64,000 nucleotides of DNA from assembly GCA_963790405.1 (NCBI GenBank), contig CAWBOJ010000007.1, positions 35,158 through 99,157 of the forward strand, given 5' to 3'. The position numbers were made by a program, and so were the translations under genes. The notes under the pieces are model-generated. The model saw only the letters and a program-made list of their open reading frames with translations. It was not told the DNA's origin and ran no database searches. Origin of the DNA: an uncultured Actinomycetota bacterium (GTDB lineage Bacteria; Actinomycetota; Coriobacteriia; Anaerosomatales; JAGXFU01). Below are positions 20,646-31,552 of the stretch, piece by piece (positions within the stretch are counted from its first letter, which is position 1; every line of letters starts with the position of its first letter).

Positions 20646-21938
20646 TCAAGCAGGTGCTGCGACCGCAGCCGGCTCGCCGAAGATCACCCGCCATGCACGC
20701 CGAACGGCAATCCAAATCTTCTCAAGGAAGCCGGGCTCAGGCACCGTTTCACCGGCGACGATCGGCTCTTGCGCCAGCAGCCGCTCACCCTGGGCAATCG
20801 ACAGCGTACCAATCCGTTGGCCCGTTGCGACCGGCGCCCTTACCTCGGGCTCCAGCGTGATCTCGCGAGTGAGTTCACCGTCCAGGTCGAACACGGGGGC
20901 CACGACATCGGTGGTTATCAGAGCAGTCACGTCAATATCGAGGTAGTCCGCCACCGGGACGAGACCCATGGTGTCGTCCGCACTCGCCAAACGACGCAGA
21001 CCGTAGTGCTCGAAGCCCCAGTCGAGTAGCTCCTCGGCTTGGACGAAGCGCGACATCTCACTGTCGGCTCCAAGAACGACCGCCGTGAGTCCGACACCTG
21101 CCCGCTCGGCAGAGGCGACCAAACAGTATCCCGCATCGTTGGTCCACCCTGTCTTCACGCCCGTAGCTCCTTTGTAGCGGCCGATCAGGTAGTTCGAATT
21201 CTCGACGGTCCTGGTGTCGCGTGCTGTTTGCACGGTAGCAGTTGGCTGCGCCACGATTTGAGCAAATGTGGCGTTCCCCATCGCATAGCGAGATAGCACG
21301 GCCAAATCGCGGGCCGACGTATGGTGTCCCTGCTCATCAAGACCGTGAGCATTCGTGTAGTTGGTGTTGTCCAACCCGAGCTGCTTGGCCTTCTCATTCA
21401 TCATGCGAACGAAGTCCGGCTCGGTGCCTGCAACATGTTCGGCCAAGGCCACGGCCGCCTCGTTGCCCGACTTCACGAGAAGTGCCTCCAACATCTCGGA
21501 CACGCTCGCCACGTCACCTGCACGCAATCCGGCCGCCGACTCACCTACCGAGATCGCAGACGAAGACACGCTGACGGACTCGTCCAAACTCGCGTTCTCC
21601 AGAACCACGACGGCCGTCATGATCTTCGTCGTGCTTGCCATGGAGTGCGGAAGGTCTGCGTCGCGAGCCCACAGCTCCCGCCCGTCATCGGTGACAAGGA
21701 TTCCAACCGCCATCCCTACCGACGGAACCTGCTGTGCAGCCTCAGCCGTGTCTTCTACAGGAATCCCGCCAACCGAATCTACAGCCCACGCACTGGCAAA
21801 ACCACAGGTCAGGGCAACGAGTATCGCAGCCAGAAGCAACCCTACCGCCACACCCTGACCCGATTCGTGACCCGCTCGAGCAAAGCGACAGTGATGCTGG
21901 ACACGTACGTTGTGTGTGGATCCATGCCGTGGTTTCAT
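20646..21938 (-). CDS. D-alanyl-D-alanine carboxypeptidase (S11, PBP5-type).
   Basis: Intact 430-aa ORF with SxxK (MASTTK), SxN (KSGNEA) and KTG (GVKTGWT) motifs. An N-terminal TM/signal segment is present. Confidence 0.9.
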   Translation of the reverse strand: MKPRHGSTHNVRVQHHCRFARAGHESGQGVAVGLLLAAILVALTCGFASAWAVDSVGGIPVEDTAEAAQQVPSVGMAVGILVTDDGRELWARDADLPHSMASTTKIMTAVVVLENASLDESVSVSSSAISVGESAAGLRAGDVASVSEMLEALLVKSGNEAAVALAEHVAGTEPDFVRMMNEKAKQLGLDNTNYTNAHGLDEQGHHTSARDLAVLSRYAMGNATFAQIVAQPTATVQTARDTRTVENSNYLIGRYKGATGVKTGWTNDAGYCLVASAERAGVGLTAVVLGADSEMSRFVQAEELLDWGFEHYGLRRLASADDTMGLVPVADYLDIDVTALITTDVVAPVFDLDGELTREITLEPEVRAPVATGQRIGTLSIAQGERLLAQEPIVAGETVPEPGFLEKIWIAVRRAWRVIFGEPAAVAAPA

Positions 21939-22025
21939 GCTTGTTCCTGGAACTGCCGATGTATGTCAGAGTGGGCGTGGACAAGTGAAGCATAGCAGTG
22001 CCTATGGCGCCAGGGAGGCAGCGCT

Positions 22026-22355
22026 GTGAACCGTTCGGGGACCGACAACGGATTCAACCTTGTTGAGCTCATGCTTGTTGTTGCAATCATGGGTATCATC
22101 GTGTCAATTGCCATTGCAACTTACTCGTTCTCGATTTCGCACGCGCGAAGCATAGCCTGTCATTCAAACCAGCGCATACTCACCGATGCTGCATCGGTCT
22201 ATCTCGCCAACGAGGGGCATCCTCCAGCTGACATCGAAGACCTACGCCCCTACGCAAACACGTTCGACACTGTGATCACATGCCCGTCTGACCATGCTGT
22301 CCTGCTCGAGTGGGACGCAGACGAAGAGGAGGTCGTGTGCCCGCTGCATCCCTGA
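22026..22355 (+). CDS. Prepilin-type N-terminal cleavage/methylation-domain protein (pilin/pseudopilin-like).
   Basis: GTG start after GGGAGG. GTDNG|FNLVELMLVVAIMGIIVSIAIATY shows the G/F cleavage site, Glu at +5 and the hydrophobic helix. The C-terminal part holds 3 Cys. Confidence 0.8.
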   Translation: MNRSGTDNGFNLVELMLVVAIMGIIVSIAIATYSFSISHARSIACHSNQRILTDAASVYLANEGHPPADIEDLRPYANTFDTVITCPSDHAVLLEWDADEEEVVCPLHP

Positions 22356-22389
22356 TATGCGCACGACCCACGACGCACAAGGAGGGCCG

Positions 22390-23220
22390 ATGAAGTACTC
22401 GCGCTTCGAAGCGCTCGTGCTCGCTGTCGGATTGGCTGCAGTCGCGGGGAGCATGTTCTTCGGTTTCGGCGGAACATTCATTGCCGAGGAGGTCATCGCT
22501 CAGCTGCTTCTGCTCGGCGTGCTCTTCGGAGCCGTGCACTGGGGCCGCCCCGGAGGATTCATCGCCGCTCTCATCGCTTCTGGCGGCTACATCGTGCTGC
22601 GAATCCCACTCGTGATCGGCGAGCGCGGACTCACCGCCGAGATCACATCGCTCGTTGTCATTCGAGTGGTGACCTATGGATTGATCGGCATCGTTGGCGG
22701 AGAGCTCGCCTCACGCATTAAGTACGTCTTTGCCAGACTCGAGAGCAACTCGGGCGTTGACGAATGGACTGGCATCTTCAACCAGCGACTGATTGTCCGT
22801 GCAATCGAAACGGCATGCGGACAACACGCCCGCTACGACACTCCGTGCTCGGTTGTCATCATCACGCTGTCTCCTCACCTCACGTCGGACCTGCGTGCGT
22901 CAAAGCAGCGCGCAATCATCCGTGGAGTCGCGAACCACCTGCGAGCAGACATCAGGCTTGTCGACGAAGCTGGGCGTCTTGACGACGGCCGCTTCCTGAT
23001 AGTCCTGCCGCACACGGGTCAGGCAGGCGGTCTGGTGGTCGCCGAGAGGTTGCGCAAGGGTGTATGTGACGCACTCGGCGCCAAGCAGGATTCGGTAGAC
23101 GTCCGAACTCTCAGCACACCTGAAGATGCTGACGAACTCAACGCGCTCAGAGACGCACTCGCCGTAGACACCCTAGAGATCGACTCACGTGCTCGCGCGG
23201 CTCAGGAGTCCCGTTCGTAG
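22390..23220 (+). CDS. Membrane protein with a degenerate (inactive-looking) GGDEF domain.
   Basis: ATG after AAGGAGGG. About 4 TM helices are followed by DEWTGIFNQRL..VVIITLSPHLTSDL..GRLDDGRFLIVLPHT. The GG[DE]EF site is replaced by DDGRF and the DxD-type metal site is missing. Confidence 0.75.
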   Translation: MKYSRFEALVLAVGLAAVAGSMFFGFGGTFIAEEVIAQLLLLGVLFGAVHWGRPGGFIAALIASGGYIVLRIPLVIGERGLTAEITSLVVIRVVTYGLIGIVGGELASRIKYVFARLESNSGVDEWTGIFNQRLIVRAIETACGQHARYDTPCSVVIITLSPHLTSDLRASKQRAIIRGVANHLRADIRLVDEAGRLDDGRFLIVLPHTGQAGGLVVAERLRKGVCDALGAKQDSVDVRTLSTPEDADELNALRDALAVDTLEIDSRARAAQESRS

Positions 23221-23639
23221 AGCTTGTCAGCCCCGATCACGCGAATCCCGGCATCCGCAAGTACCTCAGCCGCGCGTTGATCGTCTACCTTCAGGATGTC
23301 CACAGCCGCGTCAGCTCCAGGCTCGACGAAGGCGTACGCATATTCCACGTTCACCGAGGCGGCGCCCAGGGTCTCCAGAACGTCCGCCAGCCCACCCGGA
23401 CGGTCAGGAATCTCCACAGCTATGACATTGGTCACAGACACCCCGTAGCCCGCTGCATCCAGGCGGTTCTTCGCAGCCTGCGGCTGGTCACAGATGATCC
23501 GAACGACGCCAAACTCCGCGGTATCGGCAATCATGAGCGCACGCATGTTGATACCGGCGTCCGCGAGACTACGCGCCATCTGAGCGAGGTGTCCGGGCTT
23601 GTTCTCGAGAAAGACTGAGAGCTGTTCAATGGTCTGCAT
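23202..23639 (-). CDS. Tandem-ACT-domain protein (paralogue of 5719..6138).
   Basis: MQTIEQLSVFLENKPGHLAQMARSLADAGINMRALMI.. and ..DRPGGLADVLETLGAASVNVEYAY. It lies 13 nt downstream of paaK. Confidence 0.8.
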   Translation of the reverse strand: MQTIEQLSVFLENKPGHLAQMARSLADAGINMRALMIADTAEFGVVRIICDQPQAAKNRLDAAGYGVSVTNVIAVEIPDRPGGLADVLETLGAASVNVEYAYAFVEPGADAAVDILKVDDQRAAEVLADAGIRVIGADKLYERDS

Positions 23640-23652
23640 GTGTACTCCCCTC

Positions 23653-24945
23653 CTACTCGTCGCGTAGATCGACGACGCGCTTGGCTTTGCCTTGGCTGCG
23701 TTCGATGGACTTCGGCTCCACGAGTTTGACGGCGATTGAGATCGCCAGCGCGGACTGTATCTCGGCCTTGACTGCGTTCTGAAGTCGTTCGAGTTCACGA
23801 ATCTCGTCGAAGTTGGTGTCTGGAGCCACTTCGACGTTCACCTCAACGGTATCCATCGAGCCCTTCTTGCGTAGTACGACCTGATAGTGCGGCGCTACGC
23901 CGGGTATACCAGTCAGAACCTGTTCGATCTGGCTGGGGAAGACGTTCACGCCTCGGACGATGATCATGTCATCGGAGCGCCCGGTCACACGCTCCATGCG
24001 GCGGAACGTGCGCCCACACGAGCATTCGCCGGGAATCACCCGTGAGATGTCGCGCGTGCGATACCTGATGACCGGTATGCCCTCTTTGGTGAGTGTGGTG
24101 AAGACGACCTCGCCGGTTTCTCCGTCAGGAAGCGGCTGCAGTGTTTCGGGGTCGACGATCTCAATCAGGAAATGATCCTCGTTGACGTGCAGCCCGTATT
24201 GACACTCGCATTCTGAAGCGACCCCTGGGCCGAGCACCTCAGACAATCCGTAGATATCGAGGGCTTTGACACCAAGCAACTCCTCGACCTGCGTGCGCAT
24301 GTTCTCGCTCCACGGCTCGGCGCCGAACACTCCTGCCTTGAGCGGGAGCGAGTGGATGTCGACGCCCATCTCTGCGGCCGTTTCGGCGATAAGAAGGGCA
24401 TAACTCGGCGTACAGGCAAGAATCGTCGTCCCGAAGTCCTGAAGGACCTGGACCTGACGCTTGGTGTTGCCCCCGGATATGGGAATCGTCACTGCCCCGA
24501 GACGTTCCGAGCCATAGTGGACCCCCAGACCTCCGGTGAACAGGCCGTATCCGTACGTGACCTGAACGATATCGTCAGCCGTCGCACCTGCACACGCCAA
24601 AGTGCGAGCCATCAGATCGGACCACATGTCGATGTCGTTGGCCGTATATCCGACCACTGTGATCTGACCGGTTGTGCCCGAAGAAGAATGCACGCGCACG
24701 ATATCGCTTAGGGGCGCAGCGAACATGTTGTAGGGATAGCCGGCGCGCAGGTCGTCTTTCAAAGTGAACGGATAGGCGCCGAGATCGGCGAGACTCTCAA
24801 TAGCGGGAGACACGCCTGCCTCGTCGAACGCGGTCCGGTAGAAGTCGACATTGTCGTAGACGCGGTGCAGAACGTTCCGCAGCCGCTCAAGCTGCAGCTT
24901 CTCCAGCTCGGGTCGTGGCATCGCCTCGTACTCGGGCTGATACAT
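23653..24945 (-). CDS. paaK: Phenylacetate-CoA ligase family protein.
   Basis: MYQPEYEAMPRPELEKLQLERLRNVLHRVYDNVDFYR.. with AMP-binding SSGTTGQITVVGYT. The C-terminus is PaaK-like (..KAKRVVDLR). Confidence 0.88.
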   Translation of the reverse strand: MYQPEYEAMPRPELEKLQLERLRNVLHRVYDNVDFYRTAFDEAGVSPAIESLADLGAYPFTLKDDLRAGYPYNMFAAPLSDIVRVHSSSGTTGQITVVGYTANDIDMWSDLMARTLACAGATADDIVQVTYGYGLFTGGLGVHYGSERLGAVTIPISGGNTKRQVQVLQDFGTTILACTPSYALLIAETAAEMGVDIHSLPLKAGVFGAEPWSENMRTQVEELLGVKALDIYGLSEVLGPGVASECECQYGLHVNEDHFLIEIVDPETLQPLPDGETGEVVFTTLTKEGIPVIRYRTRDISRVIPGECSCGRTFRRMERVTGRSDDMIIVRGVNVFPSQIEQVLTGIPGVAPHYQVVLRKKGSMDTVEVNVEVAPDTNFDEIRELERLQNAVKAEIQSALAISIAVKLVEPKSIERSQGKAKRVVDLRDE

Positions 24946-24973
24946 CCCCTCACCCCTCTCCCCGCGACAGCCC

Positions 24974-27013
24974 CTAGGGTTGGGGCGCCGGTGTCGCGCT
25001 TGCCTCGGTCGCAACAGGCATGGTCCCGACCCTTAGTACCTGGGTCTTCGTCTTGTAGATCGACGTGAACTTGTCCTCTCGCAGAAGAGAACCGTTCTGG
25101 TAGACCTTGCGAGTGACAACTATCTTACGCCCATTCACGCCTGAGTCCTCAACGACCTGAGAGCCCTCGGGCATGGTGGGATCTTCCACCTCTTCGACCG
25201 GGAATGCCACGATGTCGTAGAACGCACCTGTCGTAGCTTTGACCTCATATCCCGGGTCAGTGCCGTAGATGCTGATGGTGAGCGAACTGTTCGAATACCC
25301 GGTCGCTACCAGCACGTAGTTCGGCGTGTCGTTCTTGAACTTGAAGTCGGGACCCCCCCACGACACAGTCGCGTCACGACCGGCCGGGTAGTGCGAGATA
25401 TAGAACGAGTGGTTCTTGCGTTCAACAACCGGTAGTCCGGACTCAAACACCGAGTTGAATATCGTAGTGCCGACCTGACAGATTCCGCCTCCGAGCTGCG
25501 GCACCAGCTTGCCATTGACGATTGCCGGTGCTTCCTGATAGCCCTTCTCGGCAGTGCGTGGCCCGATTGTCTCGTTGAATGAGAACGTCCCACCGGGCGC
25601 GACCAAAGCGCCATCGAGCGCATCTGCAAGCGTGTGGATGTTGTTGACGCGCGGCGCGTTGCCGGACTCATACGTAGTCGTGTATGTCGAAATCCGCTCC
25701 TTGATGCCCATCGCTTGAGCATCCTCGGTCGTGATATCGGGCTCCACCCGCTGGGTGCGAAGCGTCACCGAACGCTCTCCGTCCCCCAGCAGCACGGTCG
25801 TCAGCTCTACCGCCAGCGCCCCGATATCCGGACCAACGCCATCTTGGGAAGGAATGATCGACACTTGCCCGCCACCGGCCTTGAAACGCGCGTTCTCTGC
25901 GGGGCGACCAGCGGTCCCAACGCGTGGGGTCACCGTTCCCGACGCCTTCGTGGGGTCGATGAACGCCTCAAGGGCCATTTTCGTGACGCCGGGTACAGAG
26001 GTAGCCGAAACCGACTCTTCCTCCCCGCTCACGGTCTCGGGCTCCCCCGCCAGGTCAAGCGCAGCACTGCTCTCGACACTCTCGGGCGTCACGGTTCGAA
26101 ACGCGATCCAGCCCGCAATCTCTTGAGCCTGAAACTCCCACGAGTCTCCCTCGTAGGTGACAGTGACAGGTCCGGACATCATCGTCCGGGCATCCTGGGC
26201 AGCACGCTCTGCGTCCTCATCGGTCACCTGAACCGGGACGAATTCGGCTGCGACATCGACTGTTCGGTCGGTCTCGGCGAAGGCGGAAAGCATGTCCACC
26301 GCGACCTCGTCACGACGCACAGCAAGTCCCAATTCTGAGGGATCCACTCTTGCTTCAGTGCCTTCAATCACGACCGAGGCGTCTTTCGGAGCCCGATCCA
26401 CGGATGTCCCGACCTCATCGACCACAGCGCTTACCAGGTCCGCATCACCGGCCACTGCAGCGGGTAGGTTCACCTCGGCAAACCAAGCCGAAAGCCGCTC
26501 GCCTGCGGCGACCCAGAATCCCCCGGAGCGACCCACTTCGAATGCAGCATCAACGGCTGTCGTAGTCAGCAAAGACGCCGCGACCTGCGTGGCCTCAACT
26601 GACCACTGCTGCTCATCTAGCCTGAGCACGACGGGCTCGTCGAGTCGTGGTCCGAGCTCCTCGGCAAGACGCTCCTCTGCGCGCTCTCGCGTCAGACCGC
26701 CCAACCCTACGCCGCCCACCGCGACTCCCGGGTGAATCCGTCCGACGCTCGCAGCAGCTTCGACCACGAGCGCAACCACGAGAAGCGCGATGATGGCCGA
26801 CGGAATCCCGACCGCCCAACGCTGCCAGACAGGAAGCTCACGCAGCCACTTCCGGAACGCCTTGAGGCCGTGTGGTTTCGAGCGGTTCGCCCGTCGCTCG
26901 GCCCACTCGCCCGCACTGAGTCGCGGCCCGTCTAGATCGACTTGTGGGACCGACCCGGAGAAGGCATCGCTCCCGTCATTCGGTATGGATTCTATGTCGT
27001 TCTCTTCGCTCAC
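24974..27013 (-). CDS. VanW-family protein with a C-terminal G5 domain and an N-terminal membrane anchor.
   Basis: Intact 679-aa ORF. VanW core: FSFNETIGPRTAEKGYQEAPAIVNGKLVPQLGGGICQVGTTIFN..NHSFYISHYPAGRDATV. G5-like: ..GVNGRKIVVTRKVYQNGSLLREDKFTSIYKTKTQVLRVGT. Confidence 0.85.
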   Translation of the reverse strand: MSEENDIESIPNDGSDAFSGSVPQVDLDGPRLSAGEWAERRANRSKPHGLKAFRKWLRELPVWQRWAVGIPSAIIALLVVALVVEAAASVGRIHPGVAVGGVGLGGLTRERAEERLAEELGPRLDEPVVLRLDEQQWSVEATQVAASLLTTTAVDAAFEVGRSGGFWVAAGERLSAWFAEVNLPAAVAGDADLVSAVVDEVGTSVDRAPKDASVVIEGTEARVDPSELGLAVRRDEVAVDMLSAFAETDRTVDVAAEFVPVQVTDEDAERAAQDARTMMSGPVTVTYEGDSWEFQAQEIAGWIAFRTVTPESVESSAALDLAGEPETVSGEEESVSATSVPGVTKMALEAFIDPTKASGTVTPRVGTAGRPAENARFKAGGGQVSIIPSQDGVGPDIGALAVELTTVLLGDGERSVTLRTQRVEPDITTEDAQAMGIKERISTYTTTYESGNAPRVNNIHTLADALDGALVAPGGTFSFNETIGPRTAEKGYQEAPAIVNGKLVPQLGGGICQVGTTIFNSVFESGLPVVERKNHSFYISHYPAGRDATVSWGGPDFKFKNDTPNYVLVATGYSNSSLTISIYGTDPGYEVKATTGAFYDIVAFPVEEVEDPTMPEGSQVVEDSGVNGRKIVVTRKVYQNGSLLREDKFTSIYKTKTQVLRVGTMPVATEASATPAPQP

Positions 27014-27021
27014 ATGTGTCC

Positions 27022-27810
27022 TTATTGTCCCGAAACCGGCTCTGCGAGGCGGAAACTCTCCGTCTTGGCTGCCGGCACTGTCACTTCATCCACTTCTTCG
27101 ATCTCCACGCTCACGCCGGGAAACGTCGACAGAGTGGCGTTCAAGCCGCCGGGAAGCGTCAGGGCCTGGGCGAGACCGGATGGATCACCGATCGCCTTCA
27201 CCTCGAAATCCCTGCTCAGCAGAACGCCATCCAATTCGATGCGTGTCCCTTCTCCCGAGAAACCGGAGCGGGCGACAACCCGATTGTCGTTGACCGCGAT
27301 CGCCTCGGCACCTCCTGATCGGAGTTCGTTCACCAGCGCAACGAAATCCTGGGGAAGCAGCACCCGCTCCTCGTCCTTGACATGCACGATGACACCCGGA
27401 CCCACCGCAGACTCCAATCCGGCGATCACCCGGAGCGCTTTGAGTTCCTTGGCTGCTTCGTTCAGTACCTCACTTCGATCCTGCGTCTCTTGTTCTGCCG
27501 AGAGTATCCGGATCTCAAGAGCCATGATCTCGTTGCGTATCCCCGTGTTCTCGGCAGTCAACTCCTGGATGATGATCGCAAGATTCTGATCGGACTGCCG
27601 ATCTAGAGAACTCTCGAAGCTCGCATTGCCGCGCCACTGAGCAACCAGCAAGAAGCCGACCAGGAGCAACCCGGCCGCGAGAGTCGCCAGAAGTCGCGCC
27701 TCGTGGAAGCTGCGCTCCACTGCCTTCTCGCCCGCGACGAGACTCCGGATAGACGCATCCTTGAGATGAACCAGCGTCTCACGTGGCTTCTTGGGTGCGG
27801 TCGAACCCAC
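27022..27810 (-). CDS. DUF881-domain membrane protein (Rv1823/Rv1825-like).
   Basis: N-terminal TM segment, coiled coil, then GPGVIVHVKDEE..FVALVNELRSGGAEAIAVNDNRVV. It is paired with a second copy flanking sbp. Confidence 0.8.
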   Translation of the reverse strand: MGSTAPKKPRETLVHLKDASIRSLVAGEKAVERSFHEARLLATLAAGLLLVGFLLVAQWRGNASFESSLDRQSDQNLAIIIQELTAENTGIRNEIMALEIRILSAEQETQDRSEVLNEAAKELKALRVIAGLESAVGPGVIVHVKDEERVLLPQDFVALVNELRSGGAEAIAVNDNRVVARSGFSGEGTRIELDGVLLSRDFEVKAIGDPSGLAQALTLPGGLNATLSTFPGVSVEIEEVDEVTVPAAKTESFRLAEPVSGQ

Positions 27811-28155
27811 CTACTCCCACCCCCACCGGCTGAACATGAGGCCGCGTACCGTACCGAGGTTGTCGAACAGGCGGATTCCGAAGGCCACCACAGCGGCCAA
27901 GTACAACTCACGCACGCCAATCCGATCCCCGACGAATACGATGAACGCCGCCATCAGGGTATTTGTGATGAACCCGGAGACAAAAACCTTGTCGTCGAAC
28001 GTGTGCTCGAGTGACGCACGCACCCCGCCCAAACATGAATCGATGGCCGCCAGAACCGCCACACCAAGATACGTCAGCAAGGCCACCGGAATTGCGATGT
28101 TCGTGAGTAACCCGAGTGTTACGCCAAGAGCGAGCGCCAATACGAGGACCATCAT
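27811..28155 (-). CDS. Small basic membrane protein (DUF1290, Sbp-like).
   Basis: 114-aa hydrophobic ORF packed tightly between the two DUF881 genes, as in the mycobacterial Rv1823-1825 arrangement. Confidence 0.75.
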   Translation of the reverse strand: MMVLVLALALGVTLGLLTNIAIPVALLTYLGVAVLAAIDSCLGGVRASLEHTFDDKVFVSGFITNTLMAAFIVFVGDRIGVRELYLAAVVAFGIRLFDNLGTVRGLMFSRWGWE

Positions 28156-28913
28156 GAGCTACCTCCCGCATCTACCGGCCCAGCAAAATGGGGGCGCAGA
28201 CTGCCACGATATCCCTCAATTTCGACGTTGGTGAGTCTCGAGATGCTGACTTGAAGACCGAACTGTGATCGATACGTGCTAAACAGCAGCGAGGCCACGG
28301 GATCCCGCTCCACCGCCGAGACGAGATCGTCTCCGTTGCCAATAGCACGGAGCACGTACGGACTTCCGAGGCGAGTGGCGTTCACCAAAACGGTCGTACC
28401 CGCACAACGAACCGGCGTTGTGGCCACGACACGCTCACCGTTGACATCGACCGCCTCCGCGCCCCCGGCCAAGAGAGCATTGACGACCGCTGCAATATCC
28501 GTGTCGTGGATCAAGTAGTCATTCGGATCTGAACCAGGCGACACGTCCGTACCATCGCCCAAGACGATCTCGACCCCGGGTCCGGAGACAGCGGCGAGGC
28601 CAGCCAGCTCCTGTGCATGCTGCAGCTCGCGTGAGAACGACTCACTCACACCGGAGTCCTCGGCGGCCTCCTGCTCGAGTTCGCTCATATCAGCGCGCAA
28701 CTCGACGAGGCGACCTTCCAGCTCAAGCCGCTGTGCCTCGATATCACGGACAACGGTGACAAGGTCGCTCACGCGCTCGGGACGCGACGCAGCGAGCTGC
28801 GTCGTCGTGTTGAACGACACCGCGATGAAGAATCCGAGGACGCCCACGACGACTACCAGGGCGGGACGATACGTAGTGTTGCTCATGGATCCGCTTCGTG
28901 AGACTGCCTGCAA
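28152..28913 (-). CDS. DUF881-domain membrane protein.
   Basis: ..GPGVEIVLGDG..IAAVVNALLAGGAEAVDVNGERVV.. is colinear with 27022..27810. An alternative start is MSNTTY at 28886. Confidence 0.8.
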   Translation of the reverse strand: MQAVSRSGSMSNTTYRPALVVVVGVLGFFIAVSFNTTTQLAASRPERVSDLVTVVRDIEAQRLELEGRLVELRADMSELEQEAAEDSGVSESFSRELQHAQELAGLAAVSGPGVEIVLGDGTDVSPGSDPNDYLIHDTDIAAVVNALLAGGAEAVDVNGERVVATTPVRCAGTTVLVNATRLGSPYVLRAIGNGDDLVSAVERDPVASLLFSTYRSQFGLQVSISRLTNVEIEGYRGSLRPHFAGPVDAGGSS

Positions 28914-28979
28914 AAGCCGTATTATAGCAGGTTAGGGTACGCAAAGCACGTCGAGACACTCGGACCAAGAGTGCTGTGA

Positions 28980-31487
28980 TCAGTCCGTTCCGATTGCGCG
29001 TTCCACGACACCTTGCCACTCGGACAGGAGTTCCTCGGCAGCCTGTGCGTCTCCAGCCTCGGCCCACACGTTCACCACCGGCTCACTCGCATGCGGCAGA
29101 ATCAGCACCCACCCGTCATCGAGGATGATCCTGACTCCCTCGGCAAGATCTACCTGCAGTCCACTCGTGGCCTCCGTGATCGCCCGCATGACTGCCCCTT
29201 TTCGGTGTACGGGGCAGAAGATTGATGCCCGACGCTTGTGGAACTCCGGAAGCGCGTCAACCACCTCGTCAAGAGTCTGCTCGACACTGGCAAGCATCCT
29301 CGTGATGCTCCCCAAACTCATGATGGCATCGTACGAAGCGAGAAAATCGGCGAACATGTAGCCCCCTGTTGTGGAGCCCGCGAAACCCACCTTGTGCTTG
29401 AGGGCCAGAGCAGCCATCGAGCGCATGGATCGTCCAGGTCGAACGACTTCACGCCCGTTTGCTGCGGCGATCTTCTCGACAGCCGCCGACGCAGTGAGCG
29501 GAACCGCAAGCGCGAGATTCGTGTAGTCGGTGCGACACCACAGGTCGACAACCGCATGCAGGGCCGTATCGCCGTCCAGCAGTAGCCCTTTCGGCGTCAC
29601 GAACTGCAGCCGCTCCCCACTTGGATCGAATATCACGCCCAGATCGGCTCCCATAAGATCGAGAATGTGCCTCAGCGAACCGGATTCCTCGTTGTTCCAC
29701 CCGACCGTGCCAATGCGCTCTGCGTCCAGAAATGGGTTCAACATGACGATGTCAACATTCCAAGAGGACATGACCTGCGGAAGAACTACCGAAGCGACGC
29801 CGTTGCCCATGTCGGCAACGACCTTCATGCGACTATCCGCGTACTGCCTGCGTTCGTATGTCTGCGCGAGGCCCGCCGAGTAGTACTCGAAGGCACGCGG
29901 CGGGTAGATGATGTCACCCACTTCGTCGAGAAACGCACGACGGAACTCGCCTCTGAAGTAGAGACGCTCGATCTTCTTCTCCTCCCACGGCGGGATGTCC
30001 AAGCCGGTCTTCTCGTAGAAGTGAATCTCAAGCACTTGCGGGTCGTTGGCCGACTGGCACACATGGACACCGCCCATGCATCGCGTGTCGCGCGCGGTGA
30101 ACCGGGTAATCGCCGGAGAAGCAACGCGCAAGTCGCGAACCGTGCAACCTGCACTGTTCAACCCCGCGACCATCGCGCGCTTCACCATCCGTGCAGCCCT
30201 GCTCGAGTCGCGACTCACGATCACGTGTGCGCTCTTTGGCAGAAGCGATCCGAACGCCTGCGCCACCTTCAGCGCCATCTCGGGCGTCATGTCGACGCCG
30301 ATGAGCCCTGATATTCCATTGTCGCCGAACAGCGACCTGACAGCCGTGCTCTCCCAGATCAAGGACTCGTTGAGAACCGCGGCTGGCTCGACACGCTTGT
30401 ACGGATAGACTTGCACTCCGGTTCCGACCTGGGCGCCATGACCCACCATGGTCTCATCGCCGATGACCGCACCGATGGAGACCGTCGCACGTGCGCGGAT
30501 ATCCACCCGCCGGCAGAGCACCGCCCCGTTCACGGTCGACTGCTTGCCGACGAACGTGTCGTTCCACAGGATCGAGTGGCTGACCTGCGAGTTGTTTCCG
30601 ATGACACAGTTGTCACCCAACACCGCGTAGTCACCTACATTGGCACCAGCGCGAACGGTGCAGTTCGGTCCGATGACAACCTTGCTGCCTATCGTCGCAT
30701 CGGGGTCGATCTTGGCCCCTTCGGCGATCCAGACTCCTTCGCGAGCCTGGACGCCGGGGATGAAGATCATCGCTTTCCCGTCCAGAATATCTCGATGCAC
30801 CTCAACATATGACTCGAGTGAGCCCACGTCACACCAGTAGCCATCCACCGTGCAGGCGAACAGGTCGTACCCCTTCGCCATGAGATCCGGGAACAGCTGC
30901 GATGAGAAGTCGTACGGCTCGCCCTCCGGGATGTGCTCGAACACCTCGGGCTCCATCACGTAGATCCCGGTGTTGATAGTGTCCGAGAAGACCTGCCCCC
31001 AGCTCGGCTTCTCCAAGAAGCGCTCGATCTTGCCGTTCTCGTCGGTGATGACTACGCCGAACTCGAGCGGATCGGGGACGCTCTTCAGGGCGATAGTGAC
31101 AGGTCCACCCTTCTCCTTGTGGAAGCGGATGACCTCGGATAGATCGATGTCGGTCAAGGCATCGCCGGAGATAACGACGAAGGTATCATCGCCGATGAGT
31201 GATTCTGCATTCTTGACGGATCCGGCTGTGCCAAGAGGCGTCTCCTCCAACGCATAGGAGATCTCCATCCCCCACTCTTCGCCGTTTCCGAAGTAGTCTT
31301 CGATCACCTGAGGCATGAAGGCGAGCGTTGCAACGACCTGTGTGATCCCATGGTGTTTCACCAGCCCGATGATGTGCTCCATGACCGGTTGATTGACGAT
31401 GGGCACCATGGGCTTCGGACGCAACGATGTGAGTGGGCGCAGGCGGGTTCCCTCGCCACCGGCCATTACCACAGCCTTGATAGCCAT
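28980..31487 (-). CDS. Fused sugar-1-phosphate nucleotidyltransferase (mannose-1-P guanylyltransferase-like, with LbH region) and phosphomannomutase/phosphoglucomutase.
   Basis: Intact 835-aa ORF. N-terminus: [30 protein letters not shown]. Hexapeptide repeats fill the middle. The C-terminal half is PGM/PMM-like. Confidence 0.85.
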   Translation of the reverse strand: MAIKAVVMAGGEGTRLRPLTSLRPKPMVPIVNQPVMEHIIGLVKHHGITQVVATLAFMPQVIEDYFGNGEEWGMEISYALEETPLGTAGSVKNAESLIGDDTFVVISGDALTDIDLSEVIRFHKEKGGPVTIALKSVPDPLEFGVVITDENGKIERFLEKPSWGQVFSDTINTGIYVMEPEVFEHIPEGEPYDFSSQLFPDLMAKGYDLFACTVDGYWCDVGSLESYVEVHRDILDGKAMIFIPGVQAREGVWIAEGAKIDPDATIGSKVVIGPNCTVRAGANVGDYAVLGDNCVIGNNSQVSHSILWNDTFVGKQSTVNGAVLCRRVDIRARATVSIGAVIGDETMVGHGAQVGTGVQVYPYKRVEPAAVLNESLIWESTAVRSLFGDNGISGLIGVDMTPEMALKVAQAFGSLLPKSAHVIVSRDSSRAARMVKRAMVAGLNSAGCTVRDLRVASPAITRFTARDTRCMGGVHVCQSANDPQVLEIHFYEKTGLDIPPWEEKKIERLYFRGEFRRAFLDEVGDIIYPPRAFEYYSAGLAQTYERRQYADSRMKVVADMGNGVASVVLPQVMSSWNVDIVMLNPFLDAERIGTVGWNNEESGSLRHILDLMGADLGVIFDPSGERLQFVTPKGLLLDGDTALHAVVDLWCRTDYTNLALAVPLTASAAVEKIAAANGREVVRPGRSMRSMAALALKHKVGFAGSTTGGYMFADFLASYDAIMSLGSITRMLASVEQTLDEVVDALPEFHKRRASIFCPVHRKGAVMRAITEATSGLQVDLAEGVRIILDDGWVLILPHASEPVVNVWAEAGDAQAAEELLSEWQGVVERAIGTD

Positions 31488-31552
31488 CGACCTCCCAGCT
31501 CAGACGCCGCACGACAGATGCAGCGCACGAATCATGTCCATTCATAACTCTT

